Source: an uncultured Acidobacteriota bacterium
GTDB taxonomy: Bacteria > Acidobacteriota > Terriglobia > Terriglobales > Acidobacteriaceae
Length of the DNA: 64,000 nt
Direction: 5' to 3'
NCBI GenBank assembly: GCA_963770465.1
Contig: CAVYQB010000012.1
Span: forward strand, 3,367 to 67,366
Made by a program: the position numbers and the translations under genes. The notes beneath the pieces are model-generated. The model ran no database searches, had not been told where the DNA came from, and worked only from the letters and a program-made list of their open reading frames with translations. Positions within the stretch are counted from its first letter, which is position 1. Each line of letters opens with the position of its first letter. Shown here one piece after another: positions 8,495 to 17,430 of the stretch.

Positions 8495-9466
8495 TCAACG
8501 ACCCTGCAATTGCTCGAAGGTGCACTGATCGGGCCTCTTCTCCGGACGCCAGCGCATGAACTTGGTTCCGTGCCTGAATCGCCCGCCAGAAAAATGGTCG
8601 TAGCTGACTTCGCACACCAGCTTGGGTTTGAGCGGTTGCCATTCGCTCGAACGTTTGGTGCTCCAGCGACTGGGGCCGCCGGGAGCTCGGCCGGTGAACC
8701 CGGGCGGACCGATGAGCGGTTCGACCGTCTTCTTCAGATCCTCGCGCTGTTCGGCGTTAAAGCTGGAAGTAAAGCCCACGTGATCGAGCTGGCCCTCATC
8801 GTTGTAGAGTCCCAATAGAAGTGAGCCGATGCCGTTACCTTTTTCCGCGTAACGAAAGCCGCCGACCACGCAATCGGCAGTGCGGATGCGTTTCACTTTG
8901 ATCATGGCGTTGCGATCGCCGGAGTGATACGGCTCATCGAGGCGTTTAGCTATGATTCCGTCCAGTCCCATGGTCGACTGCTCGCGCATCCACTTTTTGG
9001 CCTGGCGGGATTCGGTTGATGCGGGAGAAAGGCGGATCAATTCCGGAGGAGAGCTAGACGCGAAAAACTCTTCGAGCTTGCGGCGGCGTTCGCTCAGCGG
9101 CAGTTGCACTAACGACTTTCCGTGTCCATCTGCCAGAAGGTCGAAGCACATCAGCGTCGCAGGGGTTGACGCCGATAGTTTGCGAATTCGCGATTCGGCA
9201 GGATGAATCCGCATGAGCAGATCGTCAAACGAAAGACGATCGTCGACGAAGATGACGATTTCTCCATCCAGTACGAATTTGCGCGGCCTCAGCTGAACAA
9301 GGGCGGTGACTAGCTCAGGGAAATAGCGGCCCAGCGGCTGACCGGCTTTGGATTGCAGGAGAATCTTATCGCCGCTGCGAAAGGCCAGACAGCGGAAACC
9401 GTCCCACTTGGGCTCGTAGAGGTAAGGACCGTCTTCAGGTATAGCGTCAGACGACTTCGCTTCCAT
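8495..9466 (-). CDS. ATP-dependent DNA ligase (ligase-domain-only, LigC/LigD-lig type)
   Basis: Adenylation motif I EPKWDGFR. I checked the upstream in-frame sequence by hand and found no ATG, GTG or TTG before the TGA stop. Confidence 0.85.
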   Translation of the reverse strand: MEAKSSDAIPEDGPYLYEPKWDGFRCLAFRSGDKILLQSKAGQPLGRYFPELVTALVQLRPRKFVLDGEIVIFVDDRLSFDDLLMRIHPAESRIRKLSASTPATLMCFDLLADGHGKSLVQLPLSERRRKLEEFFASSSPPELIRLSPASTESRQAKKWMREQSTMGLDGIIAKRLDEPYHSGDRNAMIKVKRIRTADCVVGGFRYAEKGNGIGSLLLGLYNDEGQLDHVGFTSSFNAEQREDLKKTVEPLIGPPGFTGRAPGGPSRWSTKRSSEWQPLKPKLVCEVSYDHFSGGRFRHGTKFMRWRPEKRPDQCTFEQLQGR

Positions 9467-9663
9467 CGGGGGAATAGGGAGGGGTGATCGGCAGATCGAT
9501 GTGGAGGGAACGGCGCGTCTAGGCTTTGAGTCGGAACTGCCGCTGCTTTCGTCCGCGCGGTTGCGCGGCGGGATCCAGTTTTCCTGGCCGTTGGCATTCT
9601 CAATCTTTGATGAGGGATCGGGGTGACTCGGCCATTGCGGCTTTGTGGAGGCCAGGCGGGACG

Positions 9664-9771
9664 CCCGTCATCCCATTAACTGTCATCCCGAGCGTAGCGA
9701 GGGATCTGGGTTTTGGCTGTGGCGTTGACGCCGGCAAGAACCGAGATCCCTCGCTACGCTCGGGATGACAG
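9664..9771. repeat. palindromic REP-like element, family A (GTCATCCCGAGC..AGCGAGGGATCT arms)
   Basis: 26-bp perfect arms: gtcatcccgagcgtagcgagggatct and agatccctcgctacgctcgggatgac. Related copies lie at 26695-26873 and 32259-32373. Confidence 0.85.
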
Positions 9772-9787
9772 CCAGTAGGGTGCTGAA

Positions 9788-11305
9788 TTAAGCGAAGCCG
9801 TCGGGCTGACTTACGGCTCCGATGTGGGCCTGGTCATCGACAAATAGCCGTCCGGCGGTGAGAGCTTGCCGGTCAATTTCCAGCAGATCGAGTTTCTTGA
9901 CTTTTTCTTCCAGCACGCTCAGTGCGGTACCGGACGCGAGACACTCGGTCTCTTCGAGTAGCGCTCCCATCAGTATGATGTTGGCGGCCTTGGTCGAACC
10001 CAGTTTGTCGGCCATTTCGGCCGCTGGAATCGCTACTACCTGTACTCCCGGCGCGGAGAAGTCGGCTGGAACACTGGCTGCGTTGTATAGGATGAGCCCC
10101 CCGCTCACAACTTCTGGGGCGAACTTGCGCAGCGAAAATTCGTTCATGGCGACGAGCACGTCGGCGTGCGAAACCAGCGGCGAGCCGATGCGTTCTTTCG
10201 ACAGGCAAACGTGACAGTGCGCGCTGCCGGAACGCATCTCCGGCCCGTACGATGGCAACCAGCTCACTTCAAGGCCTTCCCGCATGCCCATTTCGATGAG
10301 AAGTTGGCCTAGGAGCAGCACGCCTTGTCCGCCGAAGCCCGCGATTTTAATTTTGACGTCTTTGAAATGGTGGGCGTGTTTGGTTGTGGAAGCGTTGCGC
10401 GCTGCCGCTTTCGGGCCGATTTCCAGTACATCCGAAACGGTGCGTTGCGGGGGCTCGTTGCCCGCTGGAATTTCTGGCTTGCGGTCACGGAATACGTTCA
10501 GCGGAAATGTGGGTATCATCTTGTCGAGAACCCAGCGCCTGGCCTCGACCGGGTCTTTGCCCCAGATGGTCGGACACGGGGACAGGATTTCGACGAAGGA
10601 AAAGCCCGCGCCGTCGCGTTGAAGCTCTAGTGCTTTGCGGATCGCGCGGCGCGCTTTCATGATGTTCTTGTTGTCCGAGAGCGCGACGCGCTCGATGTAG
10701 GCCGGTGCTTCCAGCGTGGCTAGAAGTTCCGCCATGTGCAGCGGGAAGCCTTCATTCGCCGGGCGGCGACCCCAGGGAGAAGTTGTGCTCTTCTGCCCGA
10801 CCAGGGTGGTGGGCGCCATTTGGCCGCCGGTCATGCCATAGATTCCGTTGTTCACGAAGAAGACGGTAATCTTTTCGCCGCGGTTGGCAGCGTGCACGAT
10901 TTCGGCGGTGCCGATGGCGGCGAGGTCTCCGTCTCCCTGATAGGAAATTACGATTTTGTCGGGGCAAGAGCGCTTGATTCCTGTGGCTGAAGCGGGGGCG
11001 CGTCCGTGCGCGACTTGCACATTGCCGACATCAAAATAGTAGTAGGCGAATACGGAGCAGCCTACCGGACTTACGAAGATGGTTTTGTCCTGCAGCCCGA
11101 GTTCCTGTAAGGCTTCGGCAATCAGTTTGTGGGCGACTCCGTGTCCGCAGCCGGGACAGTAGTGAGTCTGGTGCTTCAATTCTGATTTGCGTTCGTACAG
11201 GTCGAAGAATAGCGGCGATCTGGAGTGGACGGTTTCGTATCCGTTATTGTTTAGTTCGGATTTAACTTCGGGATCCACCGCGCTGATTACGCTTTCGTTC
11301 GCCAT
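9788..11305 (-). CDS. 2-oxoacid:ferredoxin oxidoreductase, fused beta (TPP-binding) and gamma subunits
   Basis: The N-terminal half has HYCPGCGHG and GDG..AIG TPP motifs. The C-terminal half IKIAGFGGQGVLLLGQ... matches the gamma/catalytic domain. Confidence 0.85.
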   Translation of the reverse strand: MANESVISAVDPEVKSELNNNGYETVHSRSPLFFDLYERKSELKHQTHYCPGCGHGVAHKLIAEALQELGLQDKTIFVSPVGCSVFAYYYFDVGNVQVAHGRAPASATGIKRSCPDKIVISYQGDGDLAAIGTAEIVHAANRGEKITVFFVNNGIYGMTGGQMAPTTLVGQKSTTSPWGRRPANEGFPLHMAELLATLEAPAYIERVALSDNKNIMKARRAIRKALELQRDGAGFSFVEILSPCPTIWGKDPVEARRWVLDKMIPTFPLNVFRDRKPEIPAGNEPPQRTVSDVLEIGPKAAARNASTTKHAHHFKDVKIKIAGFGGQGVLLLGQLLIEMGMREGLEVSWLPSYGPEMRSGSAHCHVCLSKERIGSPLVSHADVLVAMNEFSLRKFAPEVVSGGLILYNAASVPADFSAPGVQVVAIPAAEMADKLGSTKAANIILMGALLEETECLASGTALSVLEEKVKKLDLLEIDRQALTAGRLFVDDQAHIGAVSQPDGFA

Positions 11306-11346
11306 TGTCGTTTTCCTTTGGACCCTCAGGGGCTAAAGCCCGGTTC

Positions 11347-12546
11347 TTATACGTTTGTAGCGGCACGACTGAAGTCGTGCCCTGTACGAATCCTGACATT
11401 GCGCGGCCCGCTCGGACGAAGCCGTCCGTCACATACGTCTCGCAATGCGCCTCGGTTTTCCGCACCCACTGACGTCATGCCCTTCCGAAATTTCACACGG
11501 CTACGGGCATGCGCTCCAGATACTTGTTGCTGCAGTTCCGCGACGGAAGGCACGTTGCCGCCGACTCGTCCGTAGAATTCAACTGGAACTTTGCCGTTCA
11601 ATGCCAGGCGCACATCTTCCACCATCTGTCCGTTGCTCAATTCGACGACCAGCACTTTTTGTACGTTAGCTGCCGCTTTCGCCAGCGCCTCGGAAGGATA
11701 TGGCCACAGCGTGATGGGGCGGAACAGTCCTGCTTTTACGCCTTGCTTGCGCAACGCCTGGACCGTAGAAAGCAATACCCGCGACACGATGCCGTAGCCA
11801 ACCAGCAGGATTTCCGCGTCTTCGGTGTGGCAGAGTTCCCAGCGCTGCTCGGCTTCTTGTGCGCGGATGTACTTAGCTTCCATACAGCGCTGGTGTTCTT
11901 CGAGTACATCAGTTTCGAGATAGATGGAGCTGACCAGATTGGCCCGAGTCTCCGGCGTACCTTTTACTGCCCAGATTTTTTCTGGGGGATGAATCTCGCG
12001 ATACTCAAGGTCGAGCGGTTCCATCATTTGCCCAATGAAGCCGTCGGCCAGCACTACCGCGGGATTGCGGTACTTGTCGGCGAGTTCGAAGGCCAGCATG
12101 GTGAGTTCGGCCATCTCCTGCACCGACGCGGGTGCGAGCACGATGTTGCGGTAATTGCCGTGTCCGCCGCCCTTTACCATGGCGAAATAATCACTTTGTT
12201 CCGGGGCAATGTTGCCGAGCCCAGGTCCGCCGCGCATTACATCCACAATCACGCATGGCAATTCGGCTCCGGCCAGATAAGACATGCCTTCCTGCATCAA
12301 GCTGATCCCGGGTCCGGAGGAACCCGTCATTACGCGCATGCCCGCTGCCGCGGCGCCGTAGACCATGTTGATGGCAGCGACTTCGCTCTCGGCTTGCAGA
12401 AAAGTTCCGCCGACTTGCGGAAAGTAGAGCGCGGCCGACTCGGCAATTTCGCTGGCTGGAGTGATTGGGTAACCGTAGTATGCGCGGCATCCGGCGAGGA
12501 TGGCGCCTTTCACGACTGCGACGTTTCCTTTACATAGCTGCCGCAT
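11347..12546 (-). CDS. 2-oxoacid:ferredoxin oxidoreductase alpha subunit, with repeat-derived C-terminal extension
   Basis: [11 protein letters not shown] and [12 protein letters not shown] motifs. ATG 12546 has an AAGGAG SD. The last ~55 codons read through hairpin-repeat DNA at 11347-11520. Confidence 0.85.
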   Translation of the reverse strand: MRQLCKGNVAVVKGAILAGCRAYYGYPITPASEIAESAALYFPQVGGTFLQAESEVAAINMVYGAAAAGMRVMTGSSGPGISLMQEGMSYLAGAELPCVIVDVMRGGPGLGNIAPEQSDYFAMVKGGGHGNYRNIVLAPASVQEMAELTMLAFELADKYRNPAVVLADGFIGQMMEPLDLEYREIHPPEKIWAVKGTPETRANLVSSIYLETDVLEEHQRCMEAKYIRAQEAEQRWELCHTEDAEILLVGYGIVSRVLLSTVQALRKQGVKAGLFRPITLWPYPSEALAKAAANVQKVLVVELSNGQMVEDVRLALNGKVPVEFYGRVGGNVPSVAELQQQVSGAHARSRVKFRKGMTSVGAENRGALRDVCDGRLRPSGPRNVRIRTGHDFSRAATNV

Positions 12547-12808
12547 GTTCCACTCCTTGCGCCGCGGCAAATGCTTTGCCTTTGGCTTTTATGCGGTAAA
12601 CGGTAATCGCGCCCGGCTCGGGACAGCAATAGAAACAGATTCCACAGCCGGTGCAGTCCTTGCCGGTGTAACGCGCTGGATGAACGCCGTAAAGGCTCAA
12701 CTCCGGCGCCAGTTCCAGGCATTTGGGCGGACAGGACTCCACGCAGAGCCCGCACCCTTTGCATTCTTCAATATCGACTGTGACTTTACCGCGCGCTTGG
12801 CCTGCCAT
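12530..12808 (-). CDS. 4Fe-4S dicluster ferredoxin (delta-type subunit)
   Basis: Two CxxCxxCxxxCP motifs: [12 protein letters not shown] and [12 protein letters not shown]. Confidence 0.85.
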   Translation of the reverse strand: MAGQARGKVTVDIEECKGCGLCVESCPPKCLELAPELSLYGVHPARYTGKDCTGCGICFYCCPEPGAITVYRIKAKGKAFAAAQGVEHAAAM

Positions 12809-12811
12809 CTT

Positions 12812-14146
12812 TCACCTCGTTGTCGCGGCTTGCGCAGTTAAAGTCCGCTGCAGCCACCTCGTCTTCTCGCAAAACTGATAAAGCTCTTCCCTAAACTTTG
12901 GGTGTGCAATGTCGATCAAAGCCTGCGCCCGCTGCCGGATGGTTTTTCCGTGCAGGTACGCAACCCCATATTCCGTGACCACGTAACGGATCAAGCCGCG
13001 GGACGTTACCACTCCTGCGCCAGGACTGAGCATGGGAACGATCCGCGAGATGGCGCCGTCTTTTGCGGTGGATGAAATGGCGATGATCGGTTTGCCACCC
13101 TTGGATCGTGACGCGCCACGGAGGAAATCGACTTGCCCACCGATGCCGCTATAGAACTGGCTTCCGATCGAATCGGAGCAGACCTGACCAGTCAGATCGA
13201 TCTGCAGTGCGGAGTTGATGGCCACCATGTTGTCGTTGCGGGCAATCAGTCCGGGATCGTTGGTATAGGCGGTGGGATGGAATTCGAAGATGGGATTGTT
13301 GTCTACGAAACTGAATAACGGTTTCGTACCGATGGCAAATCCAAGAATGATTTTCCGCGGCTTGAAGTTTTTGCGAGCCCCCGTGATCACGCCGGCTTCG
13401 ATCAGGGGAATCACGCCATTGGCCACCAGTTCGCTATGAACCCCAAGATCTTTGCGATCCATGAGAAAGGGCAACACAGCATCCGGTATTCCACCGATGC
13501 CAGTCTGGATCACGGATCCATCTTCAATCAGACTCGCCACGTTGCGCGCGATGGAGACATGCATATCGGTAACTTGCGGCTGCTTCATCTCGCATAGAGG
13601 ACGAGAGGCATCGACCACGGCATCAAGCTCGTTCACATGGATAAAACTGTCGCCGAAGGTACGCGGCATCTGATCGTTGATCTGCGCTACCACGTAGCGA
13701 GCACATTTTGCAGCTGTAAGCGAAGTATCGACGCCTACGCCGAAGCTGCAAAAGCCGTGCGAGTCGGGAGGCGAGAGCGTCAATAAGGCCACGTCGATGG
13801 GCATGGCGCCGCTTTCGAACAGTCCTTCAATCTCACTTAAGTAAATTGGCGTGTAGTCGGCGCGGCCTTCGTTGATGGCTTCCCGCACATTCGGGCCGAT
13901 GAACATGGCGTTATGGCGAAAGTGCCCCACCATCTCGCGAGCCACATAGGGCGCCGCTCCCATGGTCATCATGTGGACGATTTCTACGTCTTCCACGTAG
14001 GAAGCGCGTCGCATCAGCGCTTCGACCAGGGTTTCAGGCTCGGCGCATCCGGGCTGAATGTATACCCGCATTCCCGACCGCACGCATAGCAGCGCTTCTT
14101 CTGCCGTCTGCAACTTGTTTTTGTACTCAAATTCCCACGAAGACAT
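12812..14146 (-). CDS. acetyl-CoA hydrolase/transferase family protein (4-hydroxybutyrate/succinyl-CoA:acetate CoA-transferase-like)
   Basis: Family-typical length and N-terminus (AEEALLCVRSGMRVYIQPGCAEPETLVEAL). GGQVDF motif. Confidence 0.8.
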   Translation of the reverse strand: MSSWEFEYKNKLQTAEEALLCVRSGMRVYIQPGCAEPETLVEALMRRASYVEDVEIVHMMTMGAAPYVAREMVGHFRHNAMFIGPNVREAINEGRADYTPIYLSEIEGLFESGAMPIDVALLTLSPPDSHGFCSFGVGVDTSLTAAKCARYVVAQINDQMPRTFGDSFIHVNELDAVVDASRPLCEMKQPQVTDMHVSIARNVASLIEDGSVIQTGIGGIPDAVLPFLMDRKDLGVHSELVANGVIPLIEAGVITGARKNFKPRKIILGFAIGTKPLFSFVDNNPIFEFHPTAYTNDPGLIARNDNMVAINSALQIDLTGQVCSDSIGSQFYSGIGGQVDFLRGASRSKGGKPIIAISSTAKDGAISRIVPMLSPGAGVVTSRGLIRYVVTEYGVAYLHGKTIRQRAQALIDIAHPKFREELYQFCEKTRWLQRTLTAQAATTR

Positions 14147-14155
14147 TCTTCTCCC

Positions 14156-14623
14156 CTATACAACCGCGCTCGCATGCTGCAGCGGTTCGGAGACGCCTGC
14201 ACGCTCGTACCCCACTGCGGCGTAAAAAATCGCGCGATCAAAAAATTGATCTAGCAACTGCTCCACTTCTAATTCACCGGAAATTTCTGCAGGCCGGTCC
14301 AATACTGCTTCTCGTTGCATGAAATCCCAAAGATTCCGTTTGGTGAGAATAATCGCCCAGATCAATTGACTTAGCGGCACGTGCTGATGGGCGCGCTTCG
14401 CCCCGATTTCCAAATAGCGTTTCTCGACGTCCAACTCGGTTTTGCCCAGAAGCCATTCGGCCAAATGCCGGTAGATTTCATACACCCGTTGCTCGAGTTC
14501 CCCGGGCGGAACGTGGCGGTAGCCGGGGAGCAAAGGGGATTGTTGGGTTTTTTCGAGGAGCCCTGCCGCCAGGGCCTCAGAGTGGGTCTCAACTAACCGG
14601 AGAAGCCTATAACCTAGCATCAT
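14156..14623 (-). CDS. hypothetical protein, RsbRD-N-terminal-like
   Basis: All-helical 155 aa. The pattern YEIYRHLAEWL...YLEIGAKRAHQHVPLSQLIWAI recalls the RsbRD_N domain, from memory only. The gene sits 9 nt upstream of the CoA-transferase. Confidence 0.4.
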   Translation of the reverse strand: MMLGYRLLRLVETHSEALAAGLLEKTQQSPLLPGYRHVPPGELEQRVYEIYRHLAEWLLGKTELDVEKRYLEIGAKRAHQHVPLSQLIWAIILTKRNLWDFMQREAVLDRPAEISGELEVEQLLDQFFDRAIFYAAVGYERAGVSEPLQHASAVV

Positions 14624-14822
14624 CGCCGCCCCTCCTTCACTACTTCGATTGTCGGCCTAAGTTAGCGGCCGGGGCTAGTGCGGACAGCACAGCTGACTGT
14701 GATCTGAATCACATAGGTGACGGAAGTCTTGCGATTCGGCGAGTTTAGGATAATGGAGGGCGGGCGTCCCCGCCCGGCTGGGCAGGTGAGACGCCCGTCC
14801 TTCACGTGCTATTTCGATCTGC

Positions 14823-15083
14823 TTATTCCTTCGGACTTCGGTTCCAGGGCGATTGTTGCGGGTTCCAACTACGGACTTGCTTGTTAAAATCTTTGCCCTG
14901 CTTTTCCTCAGTGCAAGGGGCGAGCGGTTGACCGGCAGCTTCCGCCGCACTTACGTGTTCGGCTAAACATTTTTCCAGCTTTTCGCGGACGCCGCTGTCA
15001 TTCAGCAGGCCGATGAGCTCGGCCCGGTGCATCCGGTCGAGTCCCTGGAGGAGTGGGCACCTTAACAGATCCTGGTCGTTCAT
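14823..15083 (-). CDS. small hypothetical protein downstream of bfr
   Basis: Internal ATG 15083 of ORF 14823..15248. The N-terminus LLRCPLLQGLDRMHRAELIGLL looks like the first strand of a cNMP-binding domain and may be a remnant. Confidence 0.3.
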   Translation of the reverse strand: MNDQDLLRCPLLQGLDRMHRAELIGLLNDSGVREKLEKCLAEHVSAAEAAGQPLAPCTEEKQGKDFNKQVRSWNPQQSPWNRSPKE

Positions 15084-15244
15084 GACTTGCTCCCGGCGCG
15101 AAATTGCTTTATCACGGCCGCCGCGCATCCGGTCGCTTTCAATTAGAAATCTTGTCGGTCGCCAAGGCGGTGATCTTAGGCACAACTCATAGTGAGGTCG
15201 ATCACAAGAAGGCGAATAGAGTGAGCAAAACCGCCGGATCGCGG

Positions 15245-15730
15245 TCAATCTTTTTCCCTGTCATCGTGCAGTTGCTGAGCAAGGTAGTTTCCGATGCCCA
15301 TCTCACTGATGGCGTGAAGTTGGCCTTCCAGCCAGTCGATGTGGTGCTCTTCGTCGAGGAGGATTTTTTCCAGCAGTTCGCGCGATCCGTTGTCGCCTGC
15401 TTTCACGCAGGTTTCAACCCCGTCATTCAGGCGTTTAACCGCGTCATACTCCAGTTGCAGATCGTTCTTGAGTTGATCTTCCAAGCTCTGACCAATGTTG
15501 ATCTTGAAATAGTCGCTCATGTTGGGAGTGCCATCGAGCAGAAGAATGCGTTCCATCAGTTTTTCGGCGTGGGTCATCTCTTCGATCGATTCCTTGCGGG
15601 TATGCTTGGCCATCCGTTCATAACCCCAGTTCTCGCACATTTCAGCGTGCAGAAAATATTGGTTGATGGCCGTGAGTTCTGCTTTCAATACCTGATTGAG
15701 TAATGCAATGACCTTGGCGTCGCCTTTCAT
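15245..15730 (-). CDS. bfr: bacterioferritin
   Basis: MKGDAKVIALLNQVLKAELTAINQYFLHAEM... with ferroxidase residues. Confidence 0.92.
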   Translation of the reverse strand: MKGDAKVIALLNQVLKAELTAINQYFLHAEMCENWGYERMAKHTRKESIEEMTHAEKLMERILLLDGTPNMSDYFKINIGQSLEDQLKNDLQLEYDAVKRLNDGVETCVKAGDNGSRELLEKILLDEEHHIDWLEGQLHAISEMGIGNYLAQQLHDDREKD

Positions 15731-15937
15731 GAGGACCTTTCGAGATAGATTGTTTTAGAGTTTTTACCGGGAAAAGGGAATAATACACCTAGCTGGCGGC
15801 CCGATAAGCATCCCGTTCCCGGAATTCGTTCTCCGCGCGAGCGCTGCTCACAGTGGCCGGTGATGTTGATCACAGCGCGGGACGCGAAAGAGGGCCAGAC
15901 TTAGATCAGAAAGCAGAGTTCTAGCAGGAGGTGGCCA

Positions 15938-16357
15938 ATGAAAACCTCACGCATCATTATCCTGATTGTCACGATTGTTGCCTTGATTCTCATAATCACC
16001 CCAGCAGCAGCGGGACAGAAGTCTGGAACAAGCGTCGTAGTTCCCAAGTACGATAGGACAACCGAAGCCACATTCAAGGGAACCGTGGAAGAGGTAAGGG
16101 ACCGTCAATGCCCGATGAGCGGCGGATTGGGCTCACACTTGGTTTTGAGGCTGTCTCCAACCGAGACCATTGAAGTCCACCTCGCCAGCACGAAATTCGT
16201 GAAGACCTACGATCTTGTCTTCAGCAAAGGCGATGCCATCACCGTGGTCGGCACCAAGGTGCATTTCGAAGGGGTCGAAACCATCTTTGCCCGCGAAGTC
16301 ACCCGGGGCACTGAGACATTCGTCTTTCGCGATAAGGATGGCAATCCGATCTGGTAG
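15938..16357 (+). CDS. secreted hypothetical protein
   Basis: Signal/TM segment IIILIVTIVALILIITPAAA, AGGAGG SD, and a terminator hairpin 25 nt downstream. Confidence 0.6.
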   Translation: MKTSRIIILIVTIVALILIITPAAAGQKSGTSVVVPKYDRTTEATFKGTVEEVRDRQCPMSGGLGSHLVLRLSPTETIEVHLASTKFVKTYDLVFSKGDAITVVGTKVHFEGVETIFAREVTRGTETFVFRDKDGNPIW

Positions 16358-16381
16358 GGGATTGCGCCAGGGTTGGTGTAG

Positions 16382-16401
16382 AGCGGACATTCTTGTCCGC
16401 T
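16382..16401 (+). terminator. hairpin agcggaca-ttct-tgtccgct followed by ttacttttc
   Basis: 8-bp stem. Same core as the GCGGACA..TGTCCGC repeat family. Confidence 0.5.
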
Positions 16402-16443
16402 TTACTTTTCAAAAGCTAGAAAACCAAAACCTAAATCAAAGGC

Positions 16444-16463
16444 GGCGGACAGGAATGTCCGCC
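16444..16463 (-). terminator. hairpin-repeat (GGCGGACA-loop-TGTCCGCC) 3' of the 16476..16850 gene
   Basis: Part of a 35-nt block (16436-16470) repeated with one loop mismatch at 38830-38864. Confidence 0.5.
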
Positions 16464-16475
16464 CTACATTATTTA

Positions 16476-16850
16476 TCAGTTGGCTTTCATTTTCTCTTTC
16501 ACGCTGTGGGCTAGCTTTTCGATCTCTTCAGCTTTTTTCACAACGTCCAGTGACAGGGTATTCTCGTTCGATTTGTCGACATATTGTTTCAGCTCATTAG
16601 CAAGTTTGAGCAGGCTATCAGTGTCGCGCTGCAGCTGCGCCTGACGGTCGCGGTTCGCTTTTTTGGCGAGATCTCTTTCCAGTTTGGCGCGTTGCTCATT
16701 GTCGCGATCGTCGGAGTTGGCGCCAGGCAACGAGCCTAGCCGGGGAATCTGGGTGGGAGATTGCATGGGGCTCTGTACGGACGACTGAGCCGCTAGAACG
16801 GTTGCCATCAGCGGAACAAAGAGAGCCAGCGCGAAGGATTTAAATCGCAC
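16476..16850 (-). CDS. secreted coiled-coil hypothetical protein
   Basis: Signal peptide MRFKSFALALFVPLMATVLAAQ, then a charged helical region. Confidence 0.6.
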   Translation of the reverse strand: MRFKSFALALFVPLMATVLAAQSSVQSPMQSPTQIPRLGSLPGANSDDRDNEQRAKLERDLAKKANRDRQAQLQRDTDSLLKLANELKQYVDKSNENTLSLDVVKKAEEIEKLAHSVKEKMKAN

Positions 16851-16919
16851 GGTAACCTCGTCAACACTGGAATAAGGAAAGCGGCGCGGCCAATCCCTAG
16901 AGGCTGAACTAGCGCGGTT

Positions 16920-17162
16920 TTATGCCCGGACCGCCAGGCGAAGCTGGGCAGTCTCGCTTTCTAAAGGAATCTCTTCTTTGGCCTTCTTGAGTCCCTCGAT
17001 GTAGCAGCGGATCGCGTCCTGTGCCATCCGCCTGGCATCCTCCAGATTTTTCCCTTCCGTTACGAGCCCAGGCAGCGCGGGCACGGTCACGGTGTAGCCG
17101 CCGTGCTCGTTGGCTTGGAAAAATGTCGTGTATTCGTAGGTCTTGCTCTTCCCATTCCTCAT
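16920..17162 (-). CDS. hicB: type II antitoxin HicB
   Basis: GGYTVTVPALPGLVTEGKNLEDARRMAQDAIRCYIE. ATG 17162 has a GGGAGGG SD. Confidence 0.8.
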   Translation of the reverse strand: MRNGKSKTYEYTTFFQANEHGGYTVTVPALPGLVTEGKNLEDARRMAQDAIRCYIEGLKKAKEEIPLESETAQLRLAVRA

Positions 17163-17187
17163 CGTTGCAGCCCTCCCGACCGCTAGC

Positions 17188-17421
17188 CTATTTTCCCAAT
17201 AAGGCCGCAAACTGCTCAACCGTCATCTCACACTGAGCGATGATCGACTTGATCGTCTTCGGCGCCAAATCCCCGCTATGGCTGGGCACTACCACGTGCA
17301 TATGCGTCTTGCTGTTATGCCGCAAGTTGACATGGCTCCCGGTCTGATGATGAACGTGAAAGCCCGCCCGCAAAAGCACCTGTAGGAGCCTTCTGGAAGT
17401 TATGCGCGGCAGCTTGGGCAT
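17188..17421 (-). CDS. hicA: type II toxin HicA (mRNA interferase)
   Basis: LLRAGFHVHHQTGSHVNLRH...VVVPSHSGDLAPKTIKSI is typical of HicA/YcfA. Confidence 0.8.
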   Translation of the reverse strand: MPKLPRITSRRLLQVLLRAGFHVHHQTGSHVNLRHNSKTHMHVVVPSHSGDLAPKTIKSIIAQCEMTVEQFAALLGK

Positions 17422-17430
17422 TGCGTTGCC

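Noticed and set aside
8187-8642. 151-aa version of the small acidic protein ORF, overlapping the DNA ligase 3' end.
   Set aside because: The upstream part overlaps the ligase gene and lacks an SD. The internal ATG 8423 has an AAGGAG SD.
9310-9603. 97-aa ORF suggesting an N-terminal extension or frameshift of the DNA ligase.
   Set aside because: It is in a different frame from the ligase. The ligase N-terminus (23 aa before KxDG) is a normal length, and the in-frame upstream stretch has no start codon.
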